A stretch of DNA of 64,000 bases from Octopus sinensis (lineage: Eukaryota): assembly GCF_006345805.1 (NCBI RefSeq), contig NC_043008.1, positions 7,378,001 to 7,442,000 of the forward strand, in the 5' to 3' direction. A model generated the notes under the pieces. That model was not told the origin of the DNA. It searched no databases and saw only the letters and a program-made list of their open reading frames with translations. Below, in pieces: positions 1-11,005 of the stretch. Position 1 is the first letter of the stretch. Every line of letters starts with the position of its first letter. The position numbers were made by a program, and so were the translations under genes.

Positions 1-992
1 AATTCCCTTCGTGTCCCTTCAACATTATGTAGTATCAAAATGTATTAGCAAATGCTTTAACGATGCATTACAGTAGGATATCCAGACGGTTAACAAATCA
101 AAAATAGAATTCTTTGTCTGCTACTATTTTCTGTGAACTGTGCCCTGCTAATTAGGATATCTGTACATTCTCTACCGCTAAAGTGCAGTGTTTGTGAAAA
201 GGAAAATGTCGCTTTGTTTCATAACATACTCGAATATTTTTCAAAGCATTCTAATATCTGATTCGCCCATTAAAGCAAATCCTGTTATCGTGTCTTTATT
301 TCTGAATGATATAAACACAATTTCAATGATCTTAATAAGTTAATGCATGAATGCGCAAAACCCTCAAAAACTGCTAAGTGTCCATCAATGTTTTATATGT
401 TTAAATTGACATTATATGAGATAAGCATTTTCAGATCTCAACCCGATTAAAATCACATGCTGGACAACGTGCAAAATGTATAATTTGTGGGGTTGTGTGT
501 TTAAAATATATCGTGAAAGAAAAGAAGAAAAATATGTCAAACAATTTCTCGGAGGCAGCCGCCGTGGCAGCAGTGTTTCCCTGACATAGAATATAATTCT
601 AAGCTATCTAGAAGAGCTAATTTGGACATAAAAACTATACAGATTATTTTAATAGACTGAATAAGCTGTCAACAAATATATTTTGAATTCCCTTCATATA
701 CACGCATAAACGCACACTCACTATACGCACATAAATAAAATTTTATTATAGAACAATACATTTTACTTTCTTCATGGTTTACACTAAAATACTCGTTGGA
801 CACCATTAGTCGTATTTAATGCATACTTACTGAGATTAATTTCAGAGCAAAGTTAATTTATAATTCCCAACTAAAATAGTTATTGAGACGAATATAGCAC
901 ATGAAAACGATTATGAATCTGTTACAGAGATAGAACGCATAAAGTCTATCACACATTTGCGATGCAATTATTCTGAGAATATATCTTGAAAA

Positions 993-1149
993 AGGCTGTG
1001 TGGTAAAAATTTTCTTTCGAACCACATGATTTCGGTTTCAGTTCGACTGTGTAGCACCTGGAGCAAGTGCTTTCCATTATAACCTCGGGCCTACTAAAGC
1101 CTTGTGAGTCGGTTACGTAGGCGGAAACTTAAAGAACACTGTTGTATAT

Positions 1150-1195
<46 letters not shown>

Positions 1196-1395
1196 CTGTG
1201 TGTGTGTCTCATTTGTCTGTGTCTCTCCCCCCGTCATCCTTTGACAACATATGTTGGTGCGTAGCTTAGCGGTTCGGTAAAAGGATCCGATAGAATAAGT
1301 ACTAGTCTTGGGGTTGATTTATTCGACTATAAACAGTTGAAAGCTGTGCACCAGCATGGCCACAGTCAAATGACTGAAACAGGTAAAAAAAAAAA
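993..1395 (+). mobile_element. SINE family A (tRNA-derived head, CORE-like segment, internal microsatellite, LINE-like 3' end), diverged copy
   Basis: ggctgtgtggt head, (TA)n(TG)n centre, tail ending ccagcatggccacagtcaaatgactgaaac; aligns by eye with the other family A copies in the window. Confidence 0.85.
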
Positions 1396-1848
1396 GAATA
1401 TTTGCTATAACACTTACAGTAATTACTATATTCCGGTATTCCAGTTTCTGAGTGTTATTAAACGAACACGAATTCCAATATCGCAAACTTACAGGATATT
1501 ATTAAGTTACATATTGTAGTTGGTGGTAGTGTTAAGATCTTCCTAGGCAGCAGAAAATGTTTGCAACTAAACAAATGGAGAACAGAGAATTAATTTGCCA
1601 TCATTTGCAAAATTAACTGAATCTAGCTCGCAGAATTTATTTCATTATAACTTCTATTGAATTACGTTCACCCTTTTCTGATTTCATGTAACTCTCCAAT
1701 ATCAGGCTGACTGACCAGAAATATATTTACCATTTTGACGTTGCTATCATTAAGGCAAGCACATCATTCTCACGCAAACTTTCTTATGCCACTCGACGTT
1801 TCTTTCTCTCTCGCTCTTTCTCTTTCTATATGTATGTATATATATAAC

Positions 1849-1893
<45 letters not shown>

Positions 1894-2040
1894 TAAATTA
1901 GAGATAAAATCACTATTAGGCAAATCAAACAGTGAAAAACATAAGCCCTTACATAAAATTAATTTAAAAATATAAAAGTTAAATAAAAAATTATTTAAAT
2001 AATTTAAACATATATAACATATATATAACATATATAACAA

Positions 2041-2270
2041 GGCGGCGAGCTGGCAGAGACGTTAGCACGCCGGGCGAAATGCGTAGCCGTATTTCGTCTG
2101 CCGTTACGTTCTGAGTTCAAATTCCGCCGAGGTCGATTTTGCCTTTTATCCTTTCGGGGTCGATAAATTAAGTACCAGTTACGCACTGGGGTCGATGTAA
2201 TCGACTTAATCCGTTTGTAGGTCCTTGTTTATCCCCACTGTGTTTAGCCCCTTGTGGGTAGTAAAGAAAT
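2041..2270 (+). mobile_element. SINE family B, full length
   Basis: ggcggcgagctggcagagacgttagc head, B-box-like gagttcaaattcc, central gccttttatcctttcggggtcgataaattaagtaccag, end gtaaagaaat. Confidence 0.9.
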
Positions 2271-2437
2271 ATATATATATATATATAATATTAATTAGAG
2301 ATAAAATCACTATTAGGCAAATCAAACAGTGAAAAACATAAGCCCTTACATAAAATTAATTTAAAAATATAAAAGTTAAATAAAATATTATTTAAATAAT
2401 TTAAACATATATAACATATATATAACATACATAACAA

Positions 2438-2667
2438 GGCGGCGAGCTGGCAGAGACGTTAGCACGCCGGGCGAAATGCGTAGCCGTATTTCGTCTGCCG
2501 TTACGTTCTGAGTTCAAATTCCGCCGAGGTCGATTTTGCCTTTTATCCTTTCGGGGTCGATAAATTAAGTACCAGTTACGCACTGGGGTCGATGTAATCG
2601 ACTTAATCCGTTTGTAGGTCCTTGTTTATCCCCACTGTGTTTAGCCCCTTGTGGGTAGTAAAGAAAT
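2438..2667 (+). mobile_element. SINE family B, duplicate of 2041-2270
   Basis: No differences from 2041-2270 seen by eye. Confidence 0.9.
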
Positions 2668-2880
2668 ATATATATATATATATAATATTAAATTAGAGAT
2701 AAAACCACTACTAGGCAAATCAAACAGTGAAAAACATAAGCCAATACATAAAATTAATTAAAAAATATAAAAGTTAAATAAAAAATTATTTAAATAATTT
2801 AAACTTATAAATTTTATATATATATATGTATGTATGTATATTTTTATATTTATATATTATTTTATATATATATATCTATG

Positions 2881-3263
2881 CTCTTTTACACTTTTACTTC
2901 TTTCAGTCATTTGAATGTCGCCATGCCGGAGAATCGCTATTCGTCGAGCAAATCGCCCCCAGGACTTATTCTTTGTAAGCCTAGTATTTATTCTATCGGT
3001 TCCTTTTGCCGAACTGCTAAGTTACGGGGACGTATACACACTAGCATCGGTTGTCAAGCGATGTTGGGGGGACAAACACAGACACACAAATATATACACA
3101 CACACAAACATATATATATGTTCATATATATATGATGGGCTTCTTTCAGTTTCCGTCTACCAAATCCACTCACAAGGGTTTTGGTCGGCCCGTGGCTATA
3201 GTAGAAGAGACTTGCCCAACTTGCCACGCAGCGGAACTGAACCCGGAACTATGTGGTTCGTAA
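2881..3263 (-). mobile_element. SINE family A, head slightly 5'-truncated
   Basis: Reverse complement of family A tail, microsatellite and head. Confidence 0.9.
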
Positions 3264-3351
3264 CTCATAAATATATATACATATACACTCCGCTCTTGAC
3301 AGACAATATAACACACCAAGCATTATGGATGTCCACATCATACACTTTATA

Positions 3352-3392
<41 letters not shown>

Positions 3393-3459
3393 TATATATA
3401 CATGTATATATATATATACATGTATATATATATATACACACACACACATATATATATAT

Positions 3460-3508
<49 letters not shown>

Positions 3509-3540
3509 ATATACATACATACATATATATATATATATCC

Positions 3541-6500
3541 TTAAAAAAAAAAAATGTTTTAGCCCGAAGGCCGCGGCCATGCTGGGGCACCACCGCTGAA
3601 TGAGCCACACTAGTTTGTGAATCCACCTCTGATACGTGGCACTTGATCAACAAGGGAGTTCGATGCTGCTGCCCGCATCCGCGTCTCCTGTCGTGAGGTA
3701 GGTTCATCTGGGACTTCCAACAAGAGAGATCCAGTTTAGTTTTAAAGAAACCCACATCCACACCATGTAAGTCTCTCAGGCATTTAGGGAGGATGTTGAA
3801 AAGCTGTGGTCCTCTGAAACCCAAGCTGTTGCAGTATCTGGACCTGTATTTTGATGGTGATGTTGGAATCCTTGGCACCACGCAGCGGCGCCCCGTTCTG
3901 CGGTTGGAGTAACTTTGAATGCCAAAGTTTGGATAAGACCCTCCAGGATTTTCCAGATGTATATTACTGCATATCTCTCCCGCCTCCGCTCCAGGGAGAA
4001 GAGGTTTAATACCTTCAGTCTTTCCCAGTAGCTGACATTTTGCATTGAGACGATTTTCTTTGTGTAGCTTCTCTGAGTTGCTTCGAGTTCTGCTGTTTGT
4101 TTTATATTGTGTGGTGACCAAAGTTGGGAGCAGTAGTCCAAGCGGCTGAGGACAAATGTTTTCCATAGGACCATCAGTGTCTCCTTCTCTCTTGTTCTGA
4201 AAGTTCGGAGAATCCATCCAGCTAGCCGTCTGCATTTTATCACCAGATTAGCAATATGCATTTGGAAAGATGCATCATTGCTCATGTCAATGCCCAGGTC
4301 ACGCACTGATTTTGACTCAGGGATTGCAATTCTTCCTGGGCCAGTGTATCCAGTCTTCACGTCATTTACCTTTGTGTGCCAGTAGCGCAGGCCTGGAACT
4401 TACCTGCATTAAACTGCATGTTGTTGTCCTCAGCCCACCTGTATATTGTGTCCAGCTCATGTTGCAGATGCGCAATATTTTCAGGGTTCTGTATTGCGTG
4501 GGAGACCTTTGTGTCATCTGCATAGCTAGCAAGGGTGGTCATCGTAGCAACTGAAGGCATGTCTGAAAGGGCCACTATGAACATCAGTGGCCCCAAGACA
4601 GTGCCCTGTGGGACACCGCTTGTTATTTGCGTTTCCCTGGAGGTGGCTCCATTGCTCACAACTGCCTGTTTTCTGTCTTTTAGGAAGTTGTGCAGCCACT
4701 CTCCAAGTTTCCCGCCTATGCCGAGACCACGCAGTTTATGACAGATCATACCATGGTCGACTTTATCAAAGGCTTTTGCAAAGTCAAGATATATTACATC
4801 CACATTTGAGCCATTTAGTAGCTGTTTCAACACCCAGTCATAGTGCTGCAGGAGCTGTGTTAGGCAGCCTCTACCTGGTCGAAATCCATGCTGGGTGTCA
4901 GACAGTAAGTCATTTTCTTCAAGGAACATGATTAGTTTCTTACGGACTATTCGTTCCATGACTTTGCTGATGTGTGAGGTCAGAGAGATAGGCCTATAAT
5001 TTTTAGCATCTGCTCTGCTACCTCCCTTATGGATAGGGCATATTACCCCCTCTTTCAGTTTGACTGGGAGCTTACCACTTGCAAGAAAGCTCTGAAAAAG
5101 AAGCTGTAGCGGTTTTGCAAGGGCTCGTTTGCACGATTTGAGAAGGATCGCTGGGAATCCATCAGGTCCAGCAGCTGAGTTTGTGTCAATCTCATCAATG
5201 GCTAGTGTGATATCATCTTCTTCGATGTTGATGTACTCAATTTTTGTCTCTTTGGCCGCTGGTAAAGTGGCAAAGAATTCTTCTGGGTGTTTACTTGCCT
5301 GTGTCCTAGAGGTGTAGTGAACACACTTTGGAACTGTTCGTTCAGTATTTCACTTATCCTCGTGGGATTTCTGTGAGAGAGCCATCTTTTTGGAAGAGAG
5401 GTCCTATTCTCTGGTGCACTGTGGCTGTCTCTTTGGCAAACTTAAAGAAAGCTTTAGGGTTTGATTTTATATTTTCTATTACCCAAGCTTCTTTATCTGC
5501 TCTCTCCTTTTCATGGGACTGATGTAGACTTTTCTCAGTTTCCATTAGCATTCTTTCGAGCCGAGACTTCTCACCACTTTTGGTGTGCTTGCTCAGGCGG
5601 TTTGCAATCCTTGTCCGTCGTCTCATAAGAATCCTCCTTTCTCTAGGGATCCTGTTTTTATTCTTGTGTGTGCTGGCCCTGCACATTGGGACATATTTGT
5701 CACATATGGCTTGTATTATGGACATGAAGTGTTTGTGTTTCATGTTTATGTCCGGTGTGGAGAGACATTCAGGCCAATCCTGTTTGAGGATCTCTTTCTC
5801 AATCGACTTCCAGTTGGCTTTATGAAAGTTTAAGTTGGAGAGATGGTGGGTGCTTCGTATAGGCTGTGTGTCTGCGGGGGCTTTTGTTCCATACATAGAC
5901 AGCTCTATTATGTTGTGATCCGAGATCATTGTCGGCATCACATTAACATTATGGATAATATCCATATTGTTTGTAAAGCAGAGATCCAGTATATTATCTG
6001 CCCTTGTTGGTTGCAGAACTATTTGCTCCATGAAAGAGGTATTTGTGAGATGGAGCAGGGACTCCACCTGTGCCTGCTGATGGTGTGTCATCCCTGGGAG
6101 CATCTGCCCCCCAGGCCATTCCACATTGGGGAGGTTAAAGTCACCCATGAAGAATACACTGTTGTGCTGTTCAAGGTTGGTGAGGACTTCTCCTATTTTT
6201 GTTAGGCAGTCTTCAAACATGCCTGAGTGTTTTGGGGCGTCTGGTGGGCGATATGTAGTGCATATGACGATATTCAGTTGTCTTATGTGTACAATTTGAG
6301 TTTCACATACTGAGTTTGAATATGACAGCAGGACCTGGGGCGTGAGGTCATCTCGGATGTACATTGCAACTCCACCATGGCTCCTCCCTTTTCTATCTGT
6401 GCGTATGACTGCATATTGCGGTATGTGTATTTCTGCATCACCTATATCGGGTTCAAGATGCGTTTCTGTGAGTGCCATGCATATAGCTTGATTGCATGTC

Positions 6501-6588
6501 ACAAGGTCTCTCAGGAATGAAATTTTCTTTTTACAGTTTCCGCGCAGCAGCCCTCCTACATTCAGTAGAAATATTTTTGTGGTGTGTG
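3541..6588 (-). mobile_element. CR1-clade LINE, copy 1 (APE endonuclease + RT), several 1-bp frameshifts
   Basis: ORF pieces 5354-6652 (EN: FLLNVGGL, LTETHL, MGDFN, ILDL, SDH), 4366-4959 (RT: [35 protein letters not shown]), 3776-4360 (RLDYCSQLWSP, SLERRR). Confidence 0.93.
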
Positions 6589-6591
6589 TAT

Positions 6592-6623
<32 letters not shown>

Positions 6624-6814
6624 CATGTATATATATATACACACACACACACATATATATATATACATGTATATATATATATATTATATATATATATATA
6701 TTATATATATATATATACATACATACATATATATATATATATCCTTAAAAAAAAAAAAATGTTTTAGCCCGAAGGCCGCGGCCATGCTGGGGCACCACCG
6801 CTGAATGAGCCACA

Positions 6815-7370
6815 CTAGTTTGTGAATCCACCTCTGATACGTGGCACTTGATCAACAAGGGAGTTCGATGCTGCTGCCCGCATCCGCGTCTCCTGTCGTG
6901 AGGTAGGTTCATCTGGGACTTCCAACAAGAAGAGATCCAGTTTAGTTTTAAAGAAACCCACATCCACACCATGTAAGTCTCTCAGGCATTTAGGGAGGAT
7001 GTTGAAAAGCTGTGGTCCTCTGAAACCCAAGCTGTTGCAGTATCTGGACCTGTATTTTGATGGTGATGTTGGAATCCTTGGCACCACGCAGCGGCGCCCC
7101 GTTCTGCGGTTGGAGTAACTTTGAATGCCAAAGTTTGGGATAAGACCCTCCAGGATTTTCCAGATGTATATTACTGCATATCTCTCCCGCCTCCGCTCCA
7201 GGGAGAAGAGGTTTAATACCTTCAGTCTTTCCCAGTAGCTGACATTTTGCATTGAGACGATTTTCTTTGTGTAGCTTCTCTGAGTTGCTTCGAGTTCTGC
7301 TGTTTGTTTTATATTGTGTGGTGACCAAAGTTGGGAGCAGTAGTCCAAGCGGCTGAGGACAATGTTTTCC
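6815..7370 (-). CDS. C-terminal segment of LINE ORF2 (copy 2), after a frameshift near 7360
   Basis: VLSRLDYCSQLWSP...FSLERRRERY...GPQLFNILP...FKTKLDLFL...stop at 6815. Confidence 0.85.
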
Positions 7371-9573
7371 ATAGGACCATCAGTGTCTCCTTCTCTCTTG
7401 TTCTGAAAGTTCGGAGAATCCATCCAGCTAGCCGTCTGCATTTTATCACCAGATTAGCAATATGCATTTGGAAAGATGCATCATTGCTCATGTCAATGCC
7501 CAGGTCACGCACTGATTTTGACTCAGGGATTGCAATTCTTCCTGGGCCAGTGTATCCAGTCTTCACGTCATTTACCTTTGTGTGCCAGTAGCGCAGGGCC
7601 TGGAACTTACCTGCATTAAACTGCATGTTGTTGTCCTCAGCCCACCTGTATATTGTGTCCAGCTCATGTTGCAGATGCGCAATATTTTCAGGGTTCTGTA
7701 TTGCGTGGGAGACCTTTGTGTCATCTGCATAGCTAGCAAGGGTGGTCATCGTAGCAACTGAAGGCATGTCTGAAAGGGCCACTATGAACATCAGTGGCCC
7801 CAAGACAGTGCCCTGTGGGACACCGCTTGTTATTTGCGTTTCCCTGGAGGTGGCTCCATTGCTCACAACTGCCTGTTTTCTGTCTTTTAGGAAGTTGTGC
7901 AGCCACTCTCCAAGTTTCCCGCCTATGCCGAGACCACGCAGTTTATGACAGATCATACCATGGTCGACTTTATCAAAGGCTTTTGCAAAGTCAAGATATA
8001 TTACATCCACATTTGAGCCATTTAGTAGCTGTTTCAACACCCAGTCATAGTGCTGCAGGAGCTGTGTTAGGCAGCCTCTACCTGGTCGAAATCCATGCTG
8101 GGTGTCAGACAGTAAGTCATTTTCTTCAAGGAACATGATTAGTTTCTTACGGACTATTCGTTCCATGACTTTGCTGATGTGTGAGGTCAGAGAGATAGGC
8201 CTATAATTTTTAGCATCTGCTCTGCTACCTCCCTTATGGATAGGGCATATTACCCCCTCTTTCAGTTTGACTGGGAGCTTACCACTTGCAAGAAAGCTCT
8301 GAAAAAGAAGCTGTAGCGGTTTTGCAAGGGCTCGTTTGCACGATTTGAGAAGGATCGCTGGGAATCCATCAGGTCCAGCAGCTGAGTTTGTGTCAATCTC
8401 ATCAATGGCTAGTGTGATATCATCTTCTTCGATGTTGATGTACTCAATTTTTGTCTCTTTGGCCGCTGGTAAAGTGGCAAAGAATTCTTCTGGGTTGTTT
8501 ACTTGCCTGTGTCCTAGAGGTGTAGTGAACACACTTTGGAACTGTTCGTTCAGTATTTCACTTATCCTCGTGGGATTTCCTGTGAGAGAGCCATCTTTTT
8601 GGAAGAGAGGTCCTATTCTCTGGTGCACTGTGGCTGTCTCTTTGGCAAACTTAAAGAAAGCTTTAGGGTTTGATTTTATATTTTCTATTACCCAAGCTTC
8701 TTTATCTGCTCTCTCCTTTTCATGGGACTGATGTAGACTTTTCTCAGTTTCCATTAGCATTCTTTCGAGCCGAGACTTCTCACCACTTTTGGTGTGCTTG
8801 CTCAGGCGGTTTGCAATCCTTGTCCGTCGTCTCATAAGAATCCTCCTTTCTCTAGGGATCCTGTTTTTATTCTTGTGTGTGCTGGCCCTGCACATTGGGA
8901 CATATTTGTCACATATGGCTTGTATTATGGACATGAAGTGTTTGTGTTTCATGTTTATGTCCGGTGTGGAGAGACATTCAGGCCAATCCTGTTTGAGGAT
9001 CTCTTTCTCAATCGACTTCCAGTTGGCTTTATGAAAGTTTAAGTTGGAGAGATGGTGGGTGCTTCGTATAGGCTGTGTGTCTGCGGGGGCTTTTGTTCCA
9101 TACATAGACAGCTCTATTATGTTGTGATCCGAGATCATTGTCGGCATCACATTAACATTATGGATAATATCCATATTGTTTGTAAAGCAGAGATCCAGTA
9201 TATTATCTGCCCTTGTTGGTTGCAGAACTATTTGCTCCATGAAAGAGGTATTTGTGAGATGGAGCAGGGACTCCACCTGTGCCTGCTGATGGTGTGTCAT
9301 CCCTGGGAGCATCTGCCCCCCAGGCCATTCCACATTGGGGAGGTTAAAGTCACCCATGAAGAATACACTGTTGTGCTGTTCAAGGTTGGTGAGGACTTCT
9401 CCTATTTTTGTTAGGCAGTCTTCAAACATGCCTGAGTGTTTTGGGGCGTCTGGTGGGCGATATGTAGTGCATATGACGATATTCAGTTGTCTTATGTGTA
9501 CAATTTGAGTTTCACATACTGAGTTTGAATATGACAGCAGGACCTGGGGCGTGAGGTCATCTCGGATGTACAT
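7309..9573 (-). CDS. LINE ORF2 main segment (APE endonuclease-reverse transcriptase), 754 aa, frameshifted at both ends
   Basis: EN motifs GDFNLP, NILDLCFT, SDHN; RT motifs NYRPISLTS, LDFAKAFD, GVPQG, YADD. Confidence 0.93.
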   Translation of the reverse strand: MYIRDDLTPQVLLSYSNSVCETQIVHIRQLNIVICTTYRPPDAPKHSGMFEDCLTKIGEVLTNLEQHNSVFFMGDFNLPNVEWPGGQMLPGMTHHQQAQVESLLHLTNTSFMEQIVLQPTRADNILDLCFTNNMDIIHNVNVMPTMISDHNIIELSMYGTKAPADTQPIRSTHHLSNLNFHKANWKSIEKEILKQDWPECLSTPDINMKHKHFMSIIQAICDKYVPMCRASTHKNKNRIPRERRILMRRRTRIANRLSKHTKSGEKSRLERMLMETEKSLHQSHEKERADKEAWVIENIKSNPKAFFKFAKETATVHQRIGPLFQKDGSLTGNPTRISEILNEQFQSVFTTPLGHRQVNNPEEFFATLPAAKETKIEYINIEEDDITLAIDEIDTNSAAGPDGFPAILLKSCKRALAKPLQLLFQSFLASGKLPVKLKEGVICPIHKGGSRADAKNYRPISLTSHISKVMERIVRKKLIMFLEENDLLSDTQHGFRPGRGCLTQLLQHYDWVLKQLLNGSNVDVIYLDFAKAFDKVDHGMICHKLRGLGIGGKLGEWLHNFLKDRKQAVVSNGATSRETQITSGVPQGTVLGPLMFIVALSDMPSVATMTTLASYADDTKVSHAIQNPENIAHLQHELDTIYRWAEDNNMQFNAGKFQALRYWHTKVNDVKTGYTGPGRIAIPESKSVRDLGIDMSNDASFQMHIANLVIKCRRLAGWILRTFRTREKETLMVLWKTLSSAAWTTAPNFGHHTI

Positions 9574-9789
9574 TGCAACTCCACCATGGCTCCTCCCTTT
9601 TCTATCTGTGCGTATGACTGCATATTGCGGTATGTGTATTTCTGCATCACCTATATCGGTTCAAGATGCGTTTCTGTGAGTGCCATGCATATAGCTTGAT
9701 TGCATGTCACAAGGTCTCTCAGGAATGAAATTTTCTTTTTACAGTTTCCGCGCAGCAGCCCTCCTACATTCAGTAGAAATATCTTTGTG

Positions 9790-9828
<39 letters not shown>

Positions 9829-10394
9829 AACTCAATAAATAAGATTCGACTTTGCACATCAACCGCTTTCTCCACTACATCCTCTTCAGTAAATATCTAT
9901 AGAGTGCATGGACAATCCTTGAAATGAATATGGAATGGATAAGGAATACAAAAAGATACTGAAGTGATTCCAGTGCCCTCGAGTATAATACGAGATACCT
10001 ACTGACAAACAATGACAGACGACTAATCCAATCGAAATCTGGAATATAAATTATGAGAAATATTTCCTACAATTTTTAAATGTGAAACTATCAAAGGTAG
10101 TGTATGAAGCACTCTTATCACTTTTTCAGACACCATTTCTTCCAAAATAATTGGCACTCACTGAAAAGTTTCGTATCTCAGATTTAGTTAAAGGCAAATA
10201 TGAACAGAATTTTGCAGAGTTTGTTAATTGGAATCAGTCTAATATTTATTCTTAGACTACAAGGAAAGGATTTTATCGGGGAAATAATATTGAACCTCAC
10301 TATTGAAAATGAATAATTAGGTTAGGGTTAAGGTAAATGGTGTTAAACTAAAAAAAAAATGTAATAATTCTGTTGTTAGAAATAGTATTTGTCA

Positions 10395-10400
10395 ATAATG

Positions 10401-10480
<80 letters not shown>

Positions 10481-10503
10481 CATAATAATCATAATAATAA
10501 TAA
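10395..10503. repeat. (ATA)n microsatellite
   Basis: Visible trinucleotide run. Confidence 0.95.
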
Positions 10504-10681
10504 TGAAAACTAAATTAAATACCGTATTATTCATCTCAAGGATAACGAAAGGAAGTACGCACTTTGAACTTGTTACACAAAAAGTACGAGAACGTACACG
10601 TGCAAACCCAATTAACACCAGAAATTAACGGACCGGTACCTGTATGTATATATATATGTATGTATGTATATATATACATAA

Positions 10682-10722
<41 letters not shown>

Positions 10723-10814
10723 CATATTTATATATATATATATATGTGCGTGGTGTATGTTTGTGTGTATGTATCTGTATGTGCATTTCTCTGTGTGTGT
10801 AGATGCTTGTCTTT

Positions 10815-11005
10815 GTGCTTGTGTTTGTCCCTCAAAACAGCTTGATAACCGGTGCTGGTGAGCTTACGTCCCCGGGAAGATAAGTACCAAGCTTAGAAAC
10901 AATAAGTACTCCGGCCGAATGTTTATAAATAAAATTTCTTCAAGGCGGTGCCCCAGCATGGGCGCAGTCTAATGACTGAAACTAGTAAAAGGCGAAAAGC
11001 GAAAG
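10815..11005 (+). mobile_element. SINE family A, 3' half only
   Basis: tgtgtttgtccc...aaggcggtgccccagcatgggcgcagtctaatgactgaaac followed by AAAAG-type tail; preceded by TA/TG microsatellite. Confidence 0.8.

Larger units (their letters stand above)
1891..2810 (+). repeat. Tandem structure X-SINE B-X-SINE B-X' with ~397-bp period; X is an unclassified ~120-bp AT-rich repeat
   Basis: attagagataaaa(t/c)cactattaggcaaatcaaacagtg starts at ~1891, ~2289 and ~2686; units separated by (TA)n. Confidence 0.9.
6745..9796 (-). mobile_element. CR1-clade LINE, copy 2, near-identical to copy 1
   Basis: Offset 3204-3209 bp from copy 1; same termini; differences seen are almost all single-base indels in short runs. 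Confidence 0.93.

Noticed and set aside
2004-2583. Identical 60-aa ORFs MRNWYLIYRPRKDKRQ... (similar at 19512 and 36986)
   Set aside because: Antisense reading of SINE B; recurrence reflects the repeat, not a gene
1891-2810. Repeat-spacer-like array suggesting CRISPR
   Set aside because: Eukaryotic context, long units, identical 'spacers' that are SINEs, no cas genes
4270-9414. Plus-strand ORFs over the LINE copies
   Set aside because: Antisense shadows of ORF2
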